Assembly: GCA_022486935.1 (NCBI GenBank)
Contig: JAKVJO010000001.1
Span: 4,820 to 68,819, forward strand
Length of the DNA: 64,000 bases
Direction of reading: 5' to 3'
Source of the DNA: Solobacterium sp.
Lineage (GTDB): Bacteria; Bacillota_I; Bacilli_A; Erysipelotrichales; Erysipelotrichaceae
The notes below the pieces were generated by a model. It was given only the letters and a program-made list of their open reading frames with translations, made no database searches and had not been told where the DNA came from. Positions 1 to 9,584 of this stretch are shown in pieces (the stretch's first letter is position 1; the number at the start of each line of letters is the position of its first letter). The translations under genes were made by a program, and so were the position numbers.

Positions 1-1599
1 TCCGGTGAAAAGGATGCGACCCAGGAACTGAATCTGAGATCCAAGAGTTTCGGAAATGACTTCGATGTACAGGATATGGGCTGGAGATGGATGATGGCTG
101 CCTGTGATGAAGGACTGCTGAGAGACGTTGGCGATGCCAGCGGCGATGAGTATATCCTTGCCGGTGCTGAGTCCATCGATGTATCGGATGACAATCTGAC
201 TTATACATTCCATCTGCGTCAGAATGCCAAGTGGAGTGATGGCGTTGCTGTTACTGCCGCTGACTATGAATACGGCTGGAAGCGCCTGATCAATCCGGAT
301 AACGGCTATGACTATGCTTCATTCCTGTTCGGTGTAGAAGGTGCAGAAGCTTATTACAATGGCACCGGCTCCATCGATGATGTCAAGATCAACGCAACGG
401 ATGACTATACCTTTGTAGTTACCCTGAGTGTTGCTGATCCGACTTTCGAATCAAAACTGGTTGCTACACCGCTTTATCCGACCAGACAGGATGTGGTTGA
501 AAAGGCCGGCGATTCCTTCACCAGTGACTGGAAGACCCAGGTATTCAACGGTCCTTACTATATGAGCGACCTGGTTGAAGACAGCACCATGACATGGACC
601 AAGAACCCTTACTACTGGGATGCCGATGAAGTATCCCTGGAGAAGGTCAACTGGTATGCAGTGTCAGAAGATCAGACAGCAGCTACCATGTTCGACAATG
701 GTCAGCTCGATGTCCTGGACGCATCCGGCAATTATATCTCCAAGTATGATCAGGAAGCTTCTGCAGGTCAGATCACTTCCATGACCACACAGTATCCGGG
801 TACAGCATTCCTCTGCTATGAATTCACCAACGGCGGTACTTCCGGACTGATGCAGAATGTCAATATCCGCAAGGCAATCTCCTACTGCCTGAACCGTGAA
901 GAAATGTGCACTTCCATCTACGGACGTTATACACCGGCTTATGGCCTGGTATCTCCGGCAATCATGTTCAATGATTCCACTTACCGTTCTGTCGCAGCGG
1001 AGCCGATTAAAGATGAATATGATCAGTACAACGGCAGCGCAGATGAAATTCAGAAACTGTTTCAGCAGGGACTGGATGAACTGGGCATCACTGAAAATAT
1101 CAGTGATATCACCATCACATTCCTCTCTTATGGCTCGACGACTGAAAACCAGTCTGAACGTGAATATATCAAACAGGTAATTGAAAAGTACATCGGCTGC
1201 AAGGTCAATCTGAACACTGCCGGTGACTACACCCTGTTCAAGTCTGAACGTGACAAGTACAACTACGACATCATGTTCTCTGCATGGTACAGCGACTACA
1301 ACGATCCGCTGGACTTCCTCAACATCATGAGAAGCGGTATCTATTCCGGCTATGGTCTCTATGCAAGTGCTGATTATGACAGCCTGCTGGATTCACTGAC
1401 CGGTGTCACAGATATGACACAGCGTCTTGATATTTATGAGAAGCTGGAAAACAAACTGCTCGTTGAAGATTGTGCAATTGCTCCGGTCTACTATGCTGAC
1501 AAGCATTACTACATTCAGAACTGGGTCAAGGATTTCCATACATCTTCCTTCGGCGCAAGCTCTGAAGTATACAACACGTACATTTCGGGACGTCAGTAA
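1..1599 (+). CDS. oppA: Oligopeptide ABC transporter substrate-binding protein (5' end outside window)
   Basis: Frame is open from base 1 (SGEKDATQELNL...). SBP family 5 motifs YTFHLRQNAKWSDG, NGPY and KNPYYWD. Followed by oppBCDF. Confidence 0.9.
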   Translation, partial: SGEKDATQELNLRSKSFGNDFDVQDMGWRWMMAACDEGLLRDVGDASGDEYILAGAESIDVSDDNLTYTFHLRQNAKWSDGVAVTAADYEYGWKRLINPDNGYDYASFLFGVEGAEAYYNGTGSIDDVKINATDDYTFVVTLSVADPTFESKLVATPLYPTRQDVVEKAGDSFTSDWKTQVFNGPYYMSDLVEDSTMTWTKNPYYWDADEVSLEKVNWYAVSEDQTAATMFDNGQLDVLDASGNYISKYDQEASAGQITSMTTQYPGTAFLCYEFTNGGTSGLMQNVNIRKAISYCLNREEMCTSIYGRYTPAYGLVSPAIMFNDSTYRSVAAEPIKDEYDQYNGSADEIQKLFQQGLDELGITENISDITITFLSYGSTTENQSEREYIKQVIEKYIGCKVNLNTAGDYTLFKSERDKYNYDIMFSAWYSDYNDPLDFLNIMRSGIYSGYGLYASADYDSLLDSLTGVTDMTQRLDIYEKLENKLLVEDCAIAPVYYADKHYYIQNWVKDFHTSSFGASSEVYNTYISGRQ

Positions 1600-1619
1600 T
1601 TCACGAATTGAAACTGCTT

Positions 1620-1651
1620 AAACTGCATCCTGGACATCTGGGATGCAGTTT
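1620..1651 (+). terminator. Intercistronic stem-loop between oppA and oppB
   Basis: AAACTGCATCC (1620-1630) pairs with GGATGCAGTTT (1641-1651). Probably a partial terminator or oppA mRNA stabiliser. Confidence 0.6.
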
Positions 1652-1675
1652 CTGAAAATGGAAGGGGAGCAGTCT

Positions 1676-2641
1676 ATGGTTAAATATTTCTTCCGGCGTC
1701 TGTTGGAAATGATCCTGACAATCTTTCTGATTGCGACGGCAACATTCTTTCTTCTGGAGGCAGTGCCAGGCGATCCGCTGACGGAACGCGCTGACAAACT
1801 GTCAGAAACCCAGCGGGATAATCTGTATAAGCGCTATGGCCTTGATAAGCCGGTGCTGGAACGCTATGTCATTACGATGAAGGGCCTGTGTACCGGTGAC
1901 TTCGGTGAATCCGTCGTCTATGCCGGACAAACTGTACAGTCCATCATCAAGACAAAACTGCCGGTATCCGCAAGACTCGGTCTGCAGCAGATGATCCTGG
2001 GCGTTACAGTCGGTCTTCTGATGGGCATTGCGGCGGCTATGAAACGGGGGACGTGGGTGGACTACCTTGTCATCACGTTATCGGTCTTGTTCATATCAGT
2101 GCCGAACCTGGTGTTCGGCCTGCTGCTTCAGAAAGTGTTTGCCGGAACTCTGAAGTGGTTTCCGACCATTGGCTGGCCGGATATCAACAATACGAAAGAA
2201 CTGTGGTTCGGCGGCTGGAAATATACTGTGCTGCCAACGCTGACCGGCTGCTTTGCCTACATTGCCAGCTATTCCCGTCTGCTCAAGACATCCATGCTGG
2301 ATGTCGTCAGTCAGGATTATGTGCTGACTGCGGAAAGCAAGGGTTTGAGCAAGAAGGATATTATCCTGCATCATATCCTGCGCAACTCCTTTATTCCGGT
2401 CATTACACAGCTGCCAATGTCCATGGCCATGTGCATTACCGGTTCCTTCTTTATCGAGAGTATCTTCTCGATTCCGGGAATCGGACTTTACTATGTGCAG
2501 GCGGTCAATAACCAGGACCTTTCCATTGTCATGGGTGAGACCGTTATCCTTGCGGCAATGTATATCGCGGTATTGTTCATCACCGATCTCTTGTATGTCG
2601 CAGTTGACCCGCGTATCTCCCTGACCGGGAAGAAGCGTTAA
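1676..2641 (+). CDS. oppB: Oligopeptide ABC permease
   Basis: RBS GGGGAG then ATG 1676 (MVKYFFRR). PGDP, YGLDKP and EAA-like loop (DYVLTAESKGL...HILRNS). Confidence 0.92.
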   Translation: MVKYFFRRLLEMILTIFLIATATFFLLEAVPGDPLTERADKLSETQRDNLYKRYGLDKPVLERYVITMKGLCTGDFGESVVYAGQTVQSIIKTKLPVSARLGLQQMILGVTVGLLMGIAAAMKRGTWVDYLVITLSVLFISVPNLVFGLLLQKVFAGTLKWFPTIGWPDINNTKELWFGGWKYTVLPTLTGCFAYIASYSRLLKTSMLDVVSQDYVLTAESKGLSKKDIILHHILRNSFIPVITQLPMSMAMCITGSFFIESIFSIPGIGLYYVQAVNNQDLSIVMGETVILAAMYIAVLFITDLLYVAVDPRISLTGKKR

Positions 2642-2651
2642 GGAGGAAGCC

Positions 2652-3569
2652 ATGACAGAACTGAAACCTGAAAAGTTTGTCATCACCGGCTTCTCCAATG
2701 AAGAGGCCAACCGCATCACAAGACCTACCATTTCCTACTGGCAGGATGCGTGGCGCAGACTGAAGAAGAATCCGATTGCCATGATCTCACTCGCAGTCAT
2801 TGCATTTCTTGCAGTGATGGTCATCATCGGTCCGAGCATCCGCGGAATGGATTACATTTCCATGGATGTGCTGAACAAGAACATTTCACCGAATTCCACG
2901 TACTGGTTCGGAACGGACAGCCTGGGAAGAGATCTTTTCTCCAGAGTCTGGGTCGGTGCCCGTGCCAGTATGATCATTGCCCTGACGGCAACGGTGCTGA
3001 AACTGGTTGTCGGAACAATCTACGGCGCTGTGATGGCACACTTCGGCGGCTGGGTTGATGAACTGATGATGCGGATCATTGAAGTATTGAACTCACTGCC
3101 GTATCTGCTGGTCACCATCCTGATCATGATGGTGCTGGGCAACAGCCTGTTTGCGCTGATGGTTGCACTGAGTTTGACCGCATGGTGCAGCACGGCAAGA
3201 CAGGTGCGCGGCATGATCAAGCAGCTGAAGGAAACTGAATACGTCTATGCGGCAGAAGTGCTTGGCGCCAAGCCGATGTGGATTATCCTCAAACACTATG
3301 TTCCGAATATGATCGGCATCCTGCTGCTGAATGCGTCAACGGCAATTCCGGATTTCATCTTTACCGAAGCCGGATTGAGTTTCCTCGGCATCGGTCTGCA
3401 GTCTCCGGATATCTCGCTTGGTGTATTGATCTCACAGGGTAAGGCAACGATGGATTTCTATCCATATCAGCTGTTCTTCCCGTGTCTGATTCTGTGTCTG
3501 ATTGTACTTGCATTCAATCTGCTTGGCGATGGCCTGCGTGATGCCCTCGATCCAAGACTGCGCCAGTAA
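2652..3569 (+). CDS. oppC: Oligopeptide ABC permease
   Basis: SYWQDAWRRLKKN, WFGTDSLGRDLFSRVW and GDGLRDALDPR motifs. AGGAGG RBS. Confidence 0.93.
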   Translation: MTELKPEKFVITGFSNEEANRITRPTISYWQDAWRRLKKNPIAMISLAVIAFLAVMVIIGPSIRGMDYISMDVLNKNISPNSTYWFGTDSLGRDLFSRVWVGARASMIIALTATVLKLVVGTIYGAVMAHFGGWVDELMMRIIEVLNSLPYLLVTILIMMVLGNSLFALMVALSLTAWCSTARQVRGMIKQLKETEYVYAAEVLGAKPMWIILKHYVPNMIGILLLNASTAIPDFIFTEAGLSFLGIGLQSPDISLGVLISQGKATMDFYPYQLFFPCLILCLIVLAFNLLGDGLRDALDPRLRQ

Positions 3570-3581
3570 GGAAGGAGCCCT

Positions 3582-4625
3582 ATGACAACAGCTAATACGG
3601 ATCACATTCTTGAAGTCAATGATCTGCGCGTATCCTTTCATACCTATGCAGGCGAAGTACAGGCAGTGCGCGGAGTCAGATTTGATTTACAGCGCGGCGA
3701 GACACTGGCAATTGTCGGTGAATCCGGCTGCGGCAAATCAGTAACTGCCAAGTCCATCATGGGCCTGGTCAAAGCACCGTCCGGTGAAGTAAAGAAGGGC
3801 AGCAGTATTCTTTACAACGGAACGGATATTCTCGGCTATAACAAAAAACAGTGGCAGGCATACAAGGGCGGCGAATGTGCCATTGTATTCCAGGATGCCC
3901 TGGCATCACTGAATCCGACCATGCGTGTCGGCAAACAGATTATGGAGAACCTGCAGGGCCACCGTCATATGAGTAAAGCGGAGGCAGAACAGGAAGCGAT
4001 CCGCATGCTGAAAGAAGTCGGTATCCCGGATCCCCAGGAACGGTTCAGGCAGTATCCGCATGAGTTCTCAGGCGGTATGCGTCAGCGTGTCATGATTGCC
4101 ATTGCGTTTGCCTGCAATCCGAAGATTTTGATCTGTGATGAACCGACTACCTCCCTTGATGTCACGATCCAGGGACAGATTCTGAACAAGATCAAGGAAA
4201 TGCAGCGGAAGAACAATACCTCAGTCATCATGATTACCCATGATCTGGGTGTCGTTGCCAATATCGCTGACCGGATTGCCGTCATGTACTGCGGTGTCAT
4301 TGTCGAACATGGATCATGCCGTGATATCTTCTACAGATCGCGTCATCCATATACCTGGGCACTGATTAACGCCGTTCCAAGACTCGACCTTGAAGGCAAG
4401 AAAAAACTGGTATCCATTCCCGGCACTCCGCCGGATCTTCTGAATCCGCCGGTCGGCTGTCCATTCTGCACAAGATGCAGCTACTGCATGGATATCTGCC
4501 GTGAGGCAATGCCGGAATCCACTGACTTCGGTGAAGGTCACAGCGCATCCTGCTGGCTCCATCATCCGATGGCACCGCACGTAGATATGCCGGACTACAA
4601 GGCGAAAGGAGAATCCCATGAGTGA
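3582..4625 (+). CDS. oppD: Oligopeptide ABC ATPase
   Basis: GESGCGKS Walker A, YPHEFSGGMRQR signature, DEPTT, C-terminal HPY/Cys region. Confidence 0.93.
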   Translation: MTTANTDHILEVNDLRVSFHTYAGEVQAVRGVRFDLQRGETLAIVGESGCGKSVTAKSIMGLVKAPSGEVKKGSSILYNGTDILGYNKKQWQAYKGGECAIVFQDALASLNPTMRVGKQIMENLQGHRHMSKAEAEQEAIRMLKEVGIPDPQERFRQYPHEFSGGMRQRVMIAIAFACNPKILICDEPTTSLDVTIQGQILNKIKEMQRKNNTSVIMITHDLGVVANIADRIAVMYCGVIVEHGSCRDIFYRSRHPYTWALINAVPRLDLEGKKKLVSIPGTPPDLLNPPVGCPFCTRCSYCMDICREAMPESTDFGEGHSASCWLHHPMAPHVDMPDYKAKGESHE

Positions 4626-5604
4626 ACAGGATGAGGTGATTCTTTCCGTCAGCCACCTGAAGAAATACTTTCAGCTGAGCCGTACTGAAGTACTGAAGGC
4701 AGTGGATGATGTATCGTTTGAGATTCACAAAGGTGAAACACTTGGCATGGTCGGTGAGTCCGGCTGCGGCAAGACAACCTGCGGCAGAACCTGCATCGGC
4801 CTCTATCAGAAGACGGATGGTACAGTGCTGTACCGCGGTCAGGATATCCACAATCTCAATAAAACAGAGCAGTTTGCATTCCGCAAGAATGCCCAGATGG
4901 TATTCCAGGATCCGTTTGGTTCACTGGATCCGAGAATGACTGTCGCAGATATCATTGCGGAAGGGATTGATATCCATCATCTGGCAAAGGATAACAAGGA
5001 CCGCTCTGAGCAGATCTTTCGTTATCTGGAACTGGTCGGTCTGAACCGTGAACATGCCAACCGCTTTGTCCATGAGTTTTCCGGCGGTCAGCGTCAGCGC
5101 ATCGGCATTGCAAGAGCACTTGCTGTTCAGCCGGAGTTCCTCGTGCTGGATGAACCGATCTCAGCACTGGACGTTTCCATTCAGGCCCAGATTGTCAATC
5201 TGCTGATCGAACTGCAGCAGAAGATGGGACTGACATATCTCTTTATTGCCCACGATCTTTCCATGGTCAAACATATCTCTGACCGGGTTGCCGTCATGTA
5301 CCTGGGAACCCTGGTAGAACTGACGACTTCCGAACAGCTCTATGCCGATCCCAAACATCCATATACCAAAGCACTGCTGTCTGCCATTCCGATTCCGGAT
5401 CCGGATGTCGAAGAAGCACGCGATGCGGTCAGAATCCCATTGGAAGGCGAAGTTCCAAGCCCGATCAATCCGGGAGAAGGATGCCGGTTCCGCAAACGCT
5501 GCCGATTTGCCAAAGAAGCCTGCGGTAAGACCATGCCTCCGCTGAAAGATCTCGGCAATGGTCACTTTGTGGCCTGCCATCTTTACGACAATGACGATGA
5601 GTAA
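4618..5604 (+). CDS. oppF: Oligopeptide ABC ATPase
   Basis: KAVDDVSF, GESGCGKTT, FSGGQRQR, DEPISALDVSIQAQ. Overlaps oppD end. Confidence 0.93.
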   Translation: MSEQDEVILSVSHLKKYFQLSRTEVLKAVDDVSFEIHKGETLGMVGESGCGKTTCGRTCIGLYQKTDGTVLYRGQDIHNLNKTEQFAFRKNAQMVFQDPFGSLDPRMTVADIIAEGIDIHHLAKDNKDRSEQIFRYLELVGLNREHANRFVHEFSGGQRQRIGIARALAVQPEFLVLDEPISALDVSIQAQIVNLLIELQQKMGLTYLFIAHDLSMVKHISDRVAVMYLGTLVELTTSEQLYADPKHPYTKALLSAIPIPDPDVEEARDAVRIPLEGEVPSPINPGEGCRFRKRCRFAKEACGKTMPPLKDLGNGHFVACHLYDNDDE

Positions 5605-5950
5605 ATCCAACCTGATCCTGAGGGATCTATTGAAAACACTGCTGTATGGCCTGGTATGCTCGGCAGCACTTGCAGCCATCATCGCCATCATTGCAGTTCT
5701 TGCCAAGGGACATCTTGACGAGGGACTGGAAATCGCCAAGAATACCATTATGGTGATCGGTGCACTGGGACTGTTTGTGGTTGCCGGCATGCTGATCGCA
5801 AAGGGGACCAAGCCTGAGCATTTTGAAGGAAAAGAGTCCTTCCGGAAACACTTTCAGATTTTTGGCTATAAAACAGTGATCTTGTTTGGAAGTGTGTCGT
5901 TTCTGTTAACGGGTGCATTGCTTGATGCGTGGATCCGCAGTATTGCATAA
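5597..5950 (+). CDS. Small membrane protein (about 3 TM) coupled to the opp operon, possibly DUF3899-like
   Basis: ATG 5597 overlaps the oppF end. Three hydrophobic segments. The family guess rests on position next to opp genes. Confidence 0.65.
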   Translation: MSKSNLILRDLLKTLLYGLVCSAALAAIIAIIAVLAKGHLDEGLEIAKNTIMVIGALGLFVVAGMLIAKGTKPEHFEGKESFRKHFQIFGYKTVILFGSVSFLLTGALLDAWIRSIA

Positions 5951-5976
5951 TCTGTTTCAATCGAATGGAGATTGCC

Positions 5977-7272
5977 ATGAACAAAGATGATGTGATGTAC
6001 GAGATGTATCTGAAGATTCTCAAAGAGGAACTGGTGCCGGCAACCGGCTGTACAGAACCAATTGCGATTGCCTATGCATCAGCTGTCGCAAGAAAGGTGC
6101 TGGAAACTGAACCGGAATCGGTGCTGGTGGAAGCCAGCGGCAATCTGATCAAGAACGTCCGCAGTGTGGTTGTTCCAAACACCGGACATCAGAAGGGCAT
6201 CCCGGCCGCTGCAGCAGCCGGCATCATTGCCGGAAATCCAGACGCCCAGCTTCAGGTGATCTCTTCCGTCAGTGATGTACAGCAGAAACAGATCGCTGCC
6301 TATGTATCCAGCCACCCGATCAAGGTGGAACTCATGGATACACCATTGACCTTTGATCTGAGAGTGACTGAAACAGCCGGTGCGGATACCGTCTCGGTAC
6401 GCATTGCCCTGTATCATACCAACATTGTCAATATCACAAAGAATGGAACAGTACTGAAGGATGAACCGATTTCAGAAGGGGAGTTCGGCGGTCTGACTGA
6501 CCGTTCCAAAATGTCCATTGAATCGATTCTGGACTTTGCCGAGACCTGTGATCTGAATGATGTCAAAGCACTGCTGGATCAGCAGATTTCCTGCAACATG
6601 GCGATTGCCGAAGAAGGACTCAAAGGCAACTATGGAGCCAACATCGGCAGTACGCTGCTGAAGACCTGTGCAGACTGCGCGGAACTCAAGGCAAGAGCCT
6701 ATGCAGCAGCGGCCAGCGATGCCCGCATGAGCGGCTGTGAGATGCCGGTCATCATCAATTCCGGCAGCGGCAACCAGGGAATCACTTCCAGTGTTCCGGT
6801 GATTGTCTATGCGCGTGAGAAGCAATGTTCAGAAGAAAAACTATACCGGGCATTGCTGGTAAGCAACCTCTGTACAATCCATCAGAAGACCCTGATCGGC
6901 AGATTGAGTGCATTCTGCGGTGCAATCAGTGCCGGAGCAGGAGCCGGGGCAGGGATCTGCTATCTGGAAGATGGCGGGTATGAAGGAATCATCCATACCA
7001 TCGTCAATGCTTTGGCAGTGGATGCCGGTGTCGTATGCGATGGTGCCAAGGCCAGCTGTGCAGCCAAGATCTCCATGGCAGTGGAATCAGGTATCTTCGG
7101 GTTCCGCATGTGGCAGAATGGCCAGCAGTTCTATGGCGGCGACGGTCTCGTGTCCAAAGGAGTAGAGAATACGATCCGCAATATCGGACTTCTGGGTCAC
7201 GACGGCATGAAGGAAACAGATCATGAAATCCTGAATCTCATGCTGGAAAATGATCGCAAGTGCAGCAAATAA
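5977..7272 (+). CDS. L-cysteine desulfidase / serine dehydratase alpha-like protein (YhaM/UPF0597 family)
   Basis: GGAG RBS. PATGCTEPIAIA, SDARMSG, GSGNQG, GRLSAFCG and CDGAKASCAAK motifs. Confidence 0.85.
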   Translation: MNKDDVMYEMYLKILKEELVPATGCTEPIAIAYASAVARKVLETEPESVLVEASGNLIKNVRSVVVPNTGHQKGIPAAAAAGIIAGNPDAQLQVISSVSDVQQKQIAAYVSSHPIKVELMDTPLTFDLRVTETAGADTVSVRIALYHTNIVNITKNGTVLKDEPISEGEFGGLTDRSKMSIESILDFAETCDLNDVKALLDQQISCNMAIAEEGLKGNYGANIGSTLLKTCADCAELKARAYAAAASDARMSGCEMPVIINSGSGNQGITSSVPVIVYAREKQCSEEKLYRALLVSNLCTIHQKTLIGRLSAFCGAISAGAGAGAGICYLEDGGYEGIIHTIVNALAVDAGVVCDGAKASCAAKISMAVESGIFGFRMWQNGQQFYGGDGLVSKGVENTIRNIGLLGHDGMKETDHEILNLMLENDRKCSK

Positions 7273-7309
7273 ACATCAATGATTACACACGGGTGTCAAG
7301 TAAAAATAC

Positions 7310-7338
7310 TTGACACCTTATTCATGCCGAGGTACACT
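7310..7338 (+). promoter_or_regulatory. Sigma-A promoter of the rpsP operon
   Basis: TTGACA (7310-7315), 17 bp spacer, TACACT (7333-7338). The -35 lies inside an 11-bp inverted repeat (7292-7317). Confidence 0.8.
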
Positions 7339-7366
7339 CTTACCTGTAAACAGGAGGATTCATACT

Positions 7367-7651
7367 ATGGCAGTCAAACTGAGATTAACAAGAATGGGAG
7401 CTAAGAAGGCTCCGAGATACCGTATCGTTGCAGCAGATTCCCGCTTTGCAAGAGACGGACGCATCATCGAAGTTGTCGGATCATTCAACCCGACCACTGA
7501 GCCGGAGACCGTTACCGTTGATGAGGAAAAGGTCATGAAGTGGCTCAACTGCGGCGCTCAGCCATCTGATACCGTTCGTAACATTCTTTCCCGTCAGGGC
7601 ATCATGAAGAAGTTCAACGATGCCAAGAATGCCGGAAAAGAAAAGAAGTAA
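7367..7651 (+). CDS. rpsP: 30S ribosomal protein S16
   Basis: [43 protein letters not shown]. Confidence 0.97.
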   Translation: MAVKLRLTRMGAKKAPRYRIVAADSRFARDGRIIEVVGSFNPTTEPETVTVDEEKVMKWLNCGAQPSDTVRNILSRQGIMKKFNDAKNAGKEKK

Positions 7652-7657
7652 TCAATC

Positions 7658-7912
7658 ATGGAAGCACTCGATCAGGTATTGCTGAATCTGGTCAAGCCCA
7701 TGGTCAATGAACCGGACAGCCTGTCCGTATCGGTATCTGAAAATGATGAGAATGGTGACGATGTCGTTCTTCACGTTCACGCAAAGAGCGAAGACATTGC
7801 CAGGCTGATCGGCAGAAGAGGCATGATGGCTTCCGCACTCCGTCAGGTGATGGGAATCGCTTCCCACTCTGAAGACAAGCGGATCGCAATCAAGTTTGAA
7901 CAGATTGACTGA
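7658..7912 (+). CDS. khpA: KH-domain RNA-binding protein
   Basis: DIARLIGRRG KH loop. Conserved position between rpsP and rimM. Confidence 0.88.
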   Translation: MEALDQVLLNLVKPMVNEPDSLSVSVSENDENGDDVVLHVHAKSEDIARLIGRRGMMASALRQVMGIASHSEDKRIAIKFEQID

Positions 7913-7940
7913 GGATGCGGAATCACGCATCCTTTTCTTT
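7912..7940 (+). terminator. Intrinsic terminator-like hairpin after khpA
   Basis: AGGATGCG / CGCATCCT stem followed by TTTCTTT. Confidence 0.65.
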
Positions 7941-7955
7941 CCAGGAGGCAGAACA

Positions 7956-8465
7956 ATGGGATATATCCAGATCGGCACTATTATCAATACCCATGGCTTA
8001 AAAGGAGAGCTGAAGATCAGAAGCAGTTCTGATTTTGATGATCTCCGCTATCAGACAGGCAATACCGTATACCTCTACCAGAATGGCAGCTATCTGCCGG
8101 TGAAGGTGGCATCGTTCCGGGTACATAAGGGATATTCCCTGGTGTCCTTTGAAGGCATGCAGGATATCAATCTGGCCGAGCAGTATAAGAACAGTCTGGT
8201 ATGTATTCAGGATACCGATCGTCATGAACTTGAAGACGGTGAATACTACATCGATGAACTGAACGGCATGAAGGTTCAGGATGAGGCAGGCAATGAGATC
8301 GGCACTGTGATTGCAGTTGAGCCGACTGCCGGTGCCCAGAACAATCTGCGGGTAAAGAAAACTGCCGGCGGCACTGCACTGATTCCCAACGTCGATGAAT
8401 TCGTCAAAGAGATTGATGAAGAACAACGCGTCATTACGATTCACGTGGAGGAGGGGCTGCTGTGA
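7956..8465 (+). CDS. rimM: Ribosome maturation factor RimM
   Basis: IGTIINTHGLKGELK, EDGEYYIDEL, LIPNVDEFVKEID. AGGAGG RBS. Confidence 0.95.
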   Translation: MGYIQIGTIINTHGLKGELKIRSSSDFDDLRYQTGNTVYLYQNGSYLPVKVASFRVHKGYSLVSFEGMQDINLAEQYKNSLVCIQDTDRHELEDGEYYIDELNGMKVQDEAGNEIGTVIAVEPTAGAQNNLRVKKTAGGTALIPNVDEFVKEIDEEQRVITIHVEEGLL

Positions 8466-9196
8466 GAATTACCATCCTGACACTGTTTCCGGAAATGTTT
8501 GACGGCTTTCTTTCCACCTCGATCATTGCCAGGGCGATTTCCCGCGGACTGGTTACGGTGGATTTTGTAAACTACCGTGATTTTGCCCATGATACCTACC
8601 GTCATGTGGATGATTCACCGTTTGGCGGCGGCGCAGGCATGGTCATGAAATGCCAGCCGGTGCTGGATGCACTGAATTCCGTGAAGACAGAGAACTGTCA
8701 TATCATTCTGCTGACTCCGACCGGAACACAGTACGGACAGGCCATGGCACACAATTATGCAGCGTATGATCATCTGATTATTCTCTGCGGGCATTATGAA
8801 GGCATGGATGCCAGAATTTATTCCCATGTCGATGAACTGGTCTCAATCGGAGATTATGTACTGACCGGCGGCGAACTTGCCAGCATGGTCATCGCAGATT
8901 CCGTGATCCGTCTTCTGCATGGGTCCATCAAAGAAGATTCCGCAAATGATGAATCCTATGAGAACGGACTGCTGGAGTATCCGCAGTATACCCAGCCGGC
9001 AGATTACGAAGGGGACAAAGTGCCTGAAGTGCTGCTCTCAGGCGATCATGAGAAGGTACGCAAGTGGCGGCTGAAAGAGTCATTGAAGCTGACCAGGACA
9101 AAGCGCCCGGATCTCTTTGCCCGGCATCAGTTGAATAAAGAAGAACAGAAGCTCGTCTATCAGATTGAGGATGAAGAGGCAGATAATAAACAGTAA
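8462..9196 (+). CDS. trmD: tRNA (guanine-N1)-methyltransferase
   Basis: GTG start overlapping rimM stop. VDDSPFGGGAGMV, CGHYEG, SIGDYVLTGGE, LLEYPQYT. Confidence 0.97.
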   Translation: MRITILTLFPEMFDGFLSTSIIARAISRGLVTVDFVNYRDFAHDTYRHVDDSPFGGGAGMVMKCQPVLDALNSVKTENCHIILLTPTGTQYGQAMAHNYAAYDHLIILCGHYEGMDARIYSHVDELVSIGDYVLTGGELASMVIADSVIRLLHGSIKEDSANDESYENGLLEYPQYTQPADYEGDKVPEVLLSGDHEKVRKWRLKESLKLTRTKRPDLFARHQLNKEEQKLVYQIEDEEADNKQ

Positions 9197-9223
9197 TGCA
9201 TGTTATCTGAATTGTGGGATGCG

Positions 9224-9289
9224 TTCACACGATTCTTCACCTAAACTTCAGATTGTATTCATATTCTTTTAAGAGAGCAATCGTATCCT
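9224..9289 (+). promoter_or_regulatory. Activator-dependent promoter with OmpR-type direct repeats
   Basis: TTCAC 9224, TTCAC 9236, TTCAG 9247, TTCAT 9258, TTAAG 9269 (11-12 bp period), then 10 bp, then -10 TATCCT (9284-9289). No canonical -35. Confidence 0.55.
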
Positions 9290-9294
9290 TGTAA

Positions 9295-9432
9295 CTGTAA
9301 ACAAGGAGGCCGATGCAAGCTGAAAAACAAATCAGCAGTGTGTAACGCAATTTGCAAACTAAATTATCTTTCCCCCCTAAAAAAAGATAATGATTCAAAT
9401 GAAGCCTCCGATCCCCTCGGAGGTTTTATTAT
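9295..9432 (+). ncRNA. Candidate small regulatory RNA with two C-rich hairpin loops
   Basis: Hairpin ATTATCTTT-[CCCCCCTAAAA]-AAAGATAAT (9363-9391) and terminator AAGCCTCCGA-[TCCCC]-TCGGAGGTTT plus T-rich tail (9402-9432). No convincing ORF. The 5' end is estimated from the -10. Confidence 0.55.
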
Positions 9433-9584
9433 TTCTGCCGTTCAAATCGGCTGTCATTCTGTTGAAATATCGCATCAGAAACGGGTATTTCACGATTCCT
9501 GTATAGCAGAATAGCGATTTGTGAATTATACTCATTGAAACAAAGCTGCAGTATGAACTACATTATTGAGACAGAGGGCCAAAG

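Noticed and set aside
9313-9345. Mini-ORF MQAEKQISSV after AGGAGG inside the candidate sRNA
   Set aside because: Only 3 nt separate the SD and the ATG, and the peptide has no notable features. It cannot be fully excluded.
9433-9584. c-di-GMP riboswitch upstream of the pilin, as in C. difficile
   Set aside because: No class I or class II consensus elements are recognisable.
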